From assembly GCA_963745835.1 (NCBI GenBank), contig CAVUZH010000020.1, forward strand, positions 1-64,000: a stretch of DNA of 64,000 nt. Reading direction: 5' to 3'. Below the pieces are notes generated by a model. It saw only the letters and a list, made by a program, of their open reading frames with translations. It made no database searches and was not told the DNA's origin. Shown one piece after another: positions 61,980 to 64,000 of this stretch (position 1 is its first letter; the number at the start of each line of letters is the position of its first letter). The stretch is from an uncultured delta proteobacterium (GTDB lineage: Bacteria > Desulfobacterota > Binatia > UBA9968). Made by a program: the position numbers and the translations under genes.

Positions 61980-62069
61980 GTTCAAATCGTTTAAGCCGTT
62001 CAAACCGCCAGAAAAAATACAAAAACAACGGTCTTAGAAAACGAGTTGAACTTTTTGAACGGCTTGAAC
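61980..62069. repeat. GTTCAA/TTGAAC palindromic element
   Basis: GTTCAAATC GTTTAAGCC GTTCAAACC ... TTGAAC TTTTTGAAC GGCTTGAAC; right arm matches the 56171 element. Confidence 0.72.
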
Positions 62070-62084
62070 GATTGTTATTGAGAT

Positions 62085-62810
62085 ATGCTCCAAGTAACTA
62101 ATCTCCACGTCGCCTACGGGGAATTACCCGCGCTCCAGGGCGTCAGCCTAAAGATTCAGCCGGGCGAGTTGGTGGCGCTCGTCGGTCCCAACGGCGCCGG
62201 CAAGACAACGCTGCTGAAAACCATTTCCGGCTTGTTGCCGGCGCGGGCCGGCACGGTTCGTTGGCAAGACGAGGCGATCAACGAGGCCTCACCGCAGCGC
62301 ATCGTAGAGCGAGGCATCGCCCTTGTTCCCGAAGGACGAAAGCTGTTCGCCGCGATGACAGTCAGGGAAAACCTCGAGCTTGGCGCCTTCATTTTGCGGG
62401 CGCAGAAAGAGAAATTTAGTCAGCTCGAAAAAATTTTCGCTCTTTTCCCGCGCCTCGCCGAACGCCAGCGTCAACGCGCAGGATCGCTCTCGGGCGGCGA
62501 GCAGCAGATGCTCGCTCTCGGACGCGCGCTCATGGGGTTGCCGCGGCTCCTTTTGCTCGATGAACCCTCGCTCGGCTTGGCGCCGCGCGTGGTCGAGTCG
62601 ATGATGTCGATCTTGTCCGATCTCCACCGCGGCGGCATGAGCGTGCTGATCGTGGAGCAAAACGTGCACGCCGTTCTCGCGCTCGCAGAGCGCGCTTATA
62701 TTCTCGAAGGCGGGCGCATCGTCGGCGAGGGCGAAGGCCGAAAACTCCTCGAAGATGATCATGTACGTGCGGCCTACCTCGGTCCCCTGGCGCGAGTTGG
62801 TGAGTCGTGA
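62085..62810 (+). CDS. livF: Branched-chain ABC transporter ATP-binding protein
   Basis: GPNGAGKTT, VPEGR, LSGGEQQML, DEPSLGLAP, VEQN. Confidence 0.9.
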   Translation: MLQVTNLHVAYGELPALQGVSLKIQPGELVALVGPNGAGKTTLLKTISGLLPARAGTVRWQDEAINEASPQRIVERGIALVPEGRKLFAAMTVRENLELGAFILRAQKEKFSQLEKIFALFPRLAERQRQRAGSLSGGEQQMLALGRALMGLPRLLLLDEPSLGLAPRVVESMMSILSDLHRGGMSVLIVEQNVHAVLALAERAYILEGGRIVGEGEGRKLLEDDHVRAAYLGPLARVGES

Positions 62811-62857
62811 TCATCGCCGAACGTGGGCTCACCACAACGAGCGCAAGCCACTTCAGC

Positions 62858-63127
62858 GTCATTCCCGTGAAAACGGGAATCCAGGCTAATTATGCCTAAA
62901 GAGCCAGCAGTCTACATTCTTTCAAGCAAGCGCAATGGAACGCTTTACGTCGGCGTAAGCTGCACCCCGATATGATTTCGGCAATAACCAGAGAGAAACA
63001 GATCAAGAAATGGAACCGCGCATGGAAGCTTGAGCTAATCGAAGGGCACAATCCCGAATGGAAGGACTTGTGGGACGAAATCATTTAAAAACGGACGGAC
63101 ATAGATTCTCGCTTTCGCTGGAATGAC
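62858..63127 (+). mobile_element. REP-flanked GIY-YIG nuclease element; gene 62892-63088 is internally deleted
   Basis: GTCATTCCCGTGAAAACGGGAATCCAGG; MPKEPAVYILSSKRNGTLYVGV; frameshift; LHPDMISAITREKQIKKWNRAWKLELIEGHNPEWKDLW; TAGATTCTCGCTTTCGCTGGAATGAC. Confidence 0.82.
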
Positions 63128-63184
63128 TTTACGCAACTGTTGGAGCTTCACTGCAGCGCTGAAAATTCTCGTCGGCTTTGTAAA

Positions 63185-64000
63185 ATGATTCTCACCCAAC
63201 AGCTCATACTCGGAGTTCTCGTCGGCGGGCTTTACGGGCTCGCCGCCGCCGGGCTGTCTCTTACGTTCGGTGTCCTTCGGGTGTTGAACGTCGCGCACGG
63301 CGAGCTGCTCATGCTCGGCGGCTACGGCACGTTCTGGCTGTTCACTCTTTGGAAGATCGATCCGTTCGCCTCGCTTCTCGCCGTCGCTCCGGCCATGTTC
63401 CTTTCGGGAGCGTTGCTTTACGTCGCGTTGTTTCAATTTGTCGTAAAAGCGCACGAGGAAGCGCGCATCAAGAACTCGCTGCTCATCGGCTTCGGTCTGA
63501 CCCTCGTTCTTCACGCCCTCGCGATACAACTTTGGACCGCCGACGAGCGCAGCGTCACAACAGCGTACTCCGGAGCCGTGCTGCGCCTCGGTCCCTTTGC
63601 GGTGCCGTGGCTGCGTCTAAGCAGCCTGCTGTTCGCCTTCGCGATCCTCGCCGCGCTGCACATGTTTCTTTCGGAAACGCGCTGGGGCCGGGCGATCCGC
63701 GCCACGGCGGAGGATTGGGAGGCCGCCGCGCTCATGGGCATCCCGGTGGGCAAAACCTACCTGCTGGCATTCGCTCTCGGCACCGCGCTGGCGGGTGTTG
63801 CCGGCGGGTTGGTCAGTATCTCTTATTCGATCAGTCCTTCGATCGGCATCGAGTGGACCTTAAAGGCTTTGATCGTCATCGTGCTCGCCGGCATGGGCTC
63901 GCTTTTCGGCAGCTTCGCCGGCGGCATTCTACTCGGCCTCGCTGAGGCGATGAGCGTGGTGTTTGTCGGCGGCCCGTACCGCGAGGTCATCGGCTTGATT
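63185..64000 (+). CDS. livH: Branched-chain ABC transporter permease, runs off the window end
   Basis: MILTQQLILGVLVGGLYGLAAAGLSLTFGVLRVLNVAHGELLMLGGY; TRWGRAIRA...AALMGI; absent from the ORF track because it is incomplete. Confidence 0.88.
   Translation, partial: MILTQQLILGVLVGGLYGLAAAGLSLTFGVLRVLNVAHGELLMLGGYGTFWLFTLWKIDPFASLLAVAPAMFLSGALLYVALFQFVVKAHEEARIKNSLLIGFGLTLVLHALAIQLWTADERSVTTAYSGAVLRLGPFAVPWLRLSSLLFAFAILAALHMFLSETRWGRAIRATAEDWEAAALMGIPVGKTYLLAFALGTALAGVAGGLVSISYSISPSIGIEWTLKALIVIVLAGMGSLFGSFAGGILLGLAEAMSVVFVGGPYREVIGLI

Overview
A gene-dense stretch of a moderately GC-rich bacterial chromosome. The many orphan NitT/TauT and TctC binding proteins, amidohydrolases and class III CoA-transferases suggest a soil 'deltaproteobacterium' such as Ca. 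Binatia (inference). It carries a glyoxylate-shunt operon with a mycobacterial ICL2-type isocitrate lyase, sugar and branched-chain ABC transporters, pobA, trpF and a DUF924-peroxiredoxin fusion. About 44-54.4 kb is a decaying patchwork of gene fragments and transposase remnants. The main hidden signal is selenocysteine recoding. ORFs 54497..54808 and 54833..56158 are probably one 553-aa selenoprotein read through an in-frame TGA (motif GH-U-ST-C, followed by a SECIS-like hairpin). It heads a cluster with a thioredoxin reductase, a TctC-type binding protein, a MetE-like enzyme and a Liv-type ABC transporter. A second in-frame TGA at a Cys-equivalent position (YCS-U-PNE) lies in a rhodanese remnant at about 53.1 kb. 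Other notable items are at least six families of palindromic intergenic elements (one still carrying its GIY-YIG nuclease), a ~160-nt rod-like RNA structure inside the sugar ABC operon, and a perfect DnaA-box palindrome upstream of an ExeA-like ATPase. No tRNA, rRNA or CRISPR array was recognised. All family assignments come from motif recognition by eye, not from database searches.
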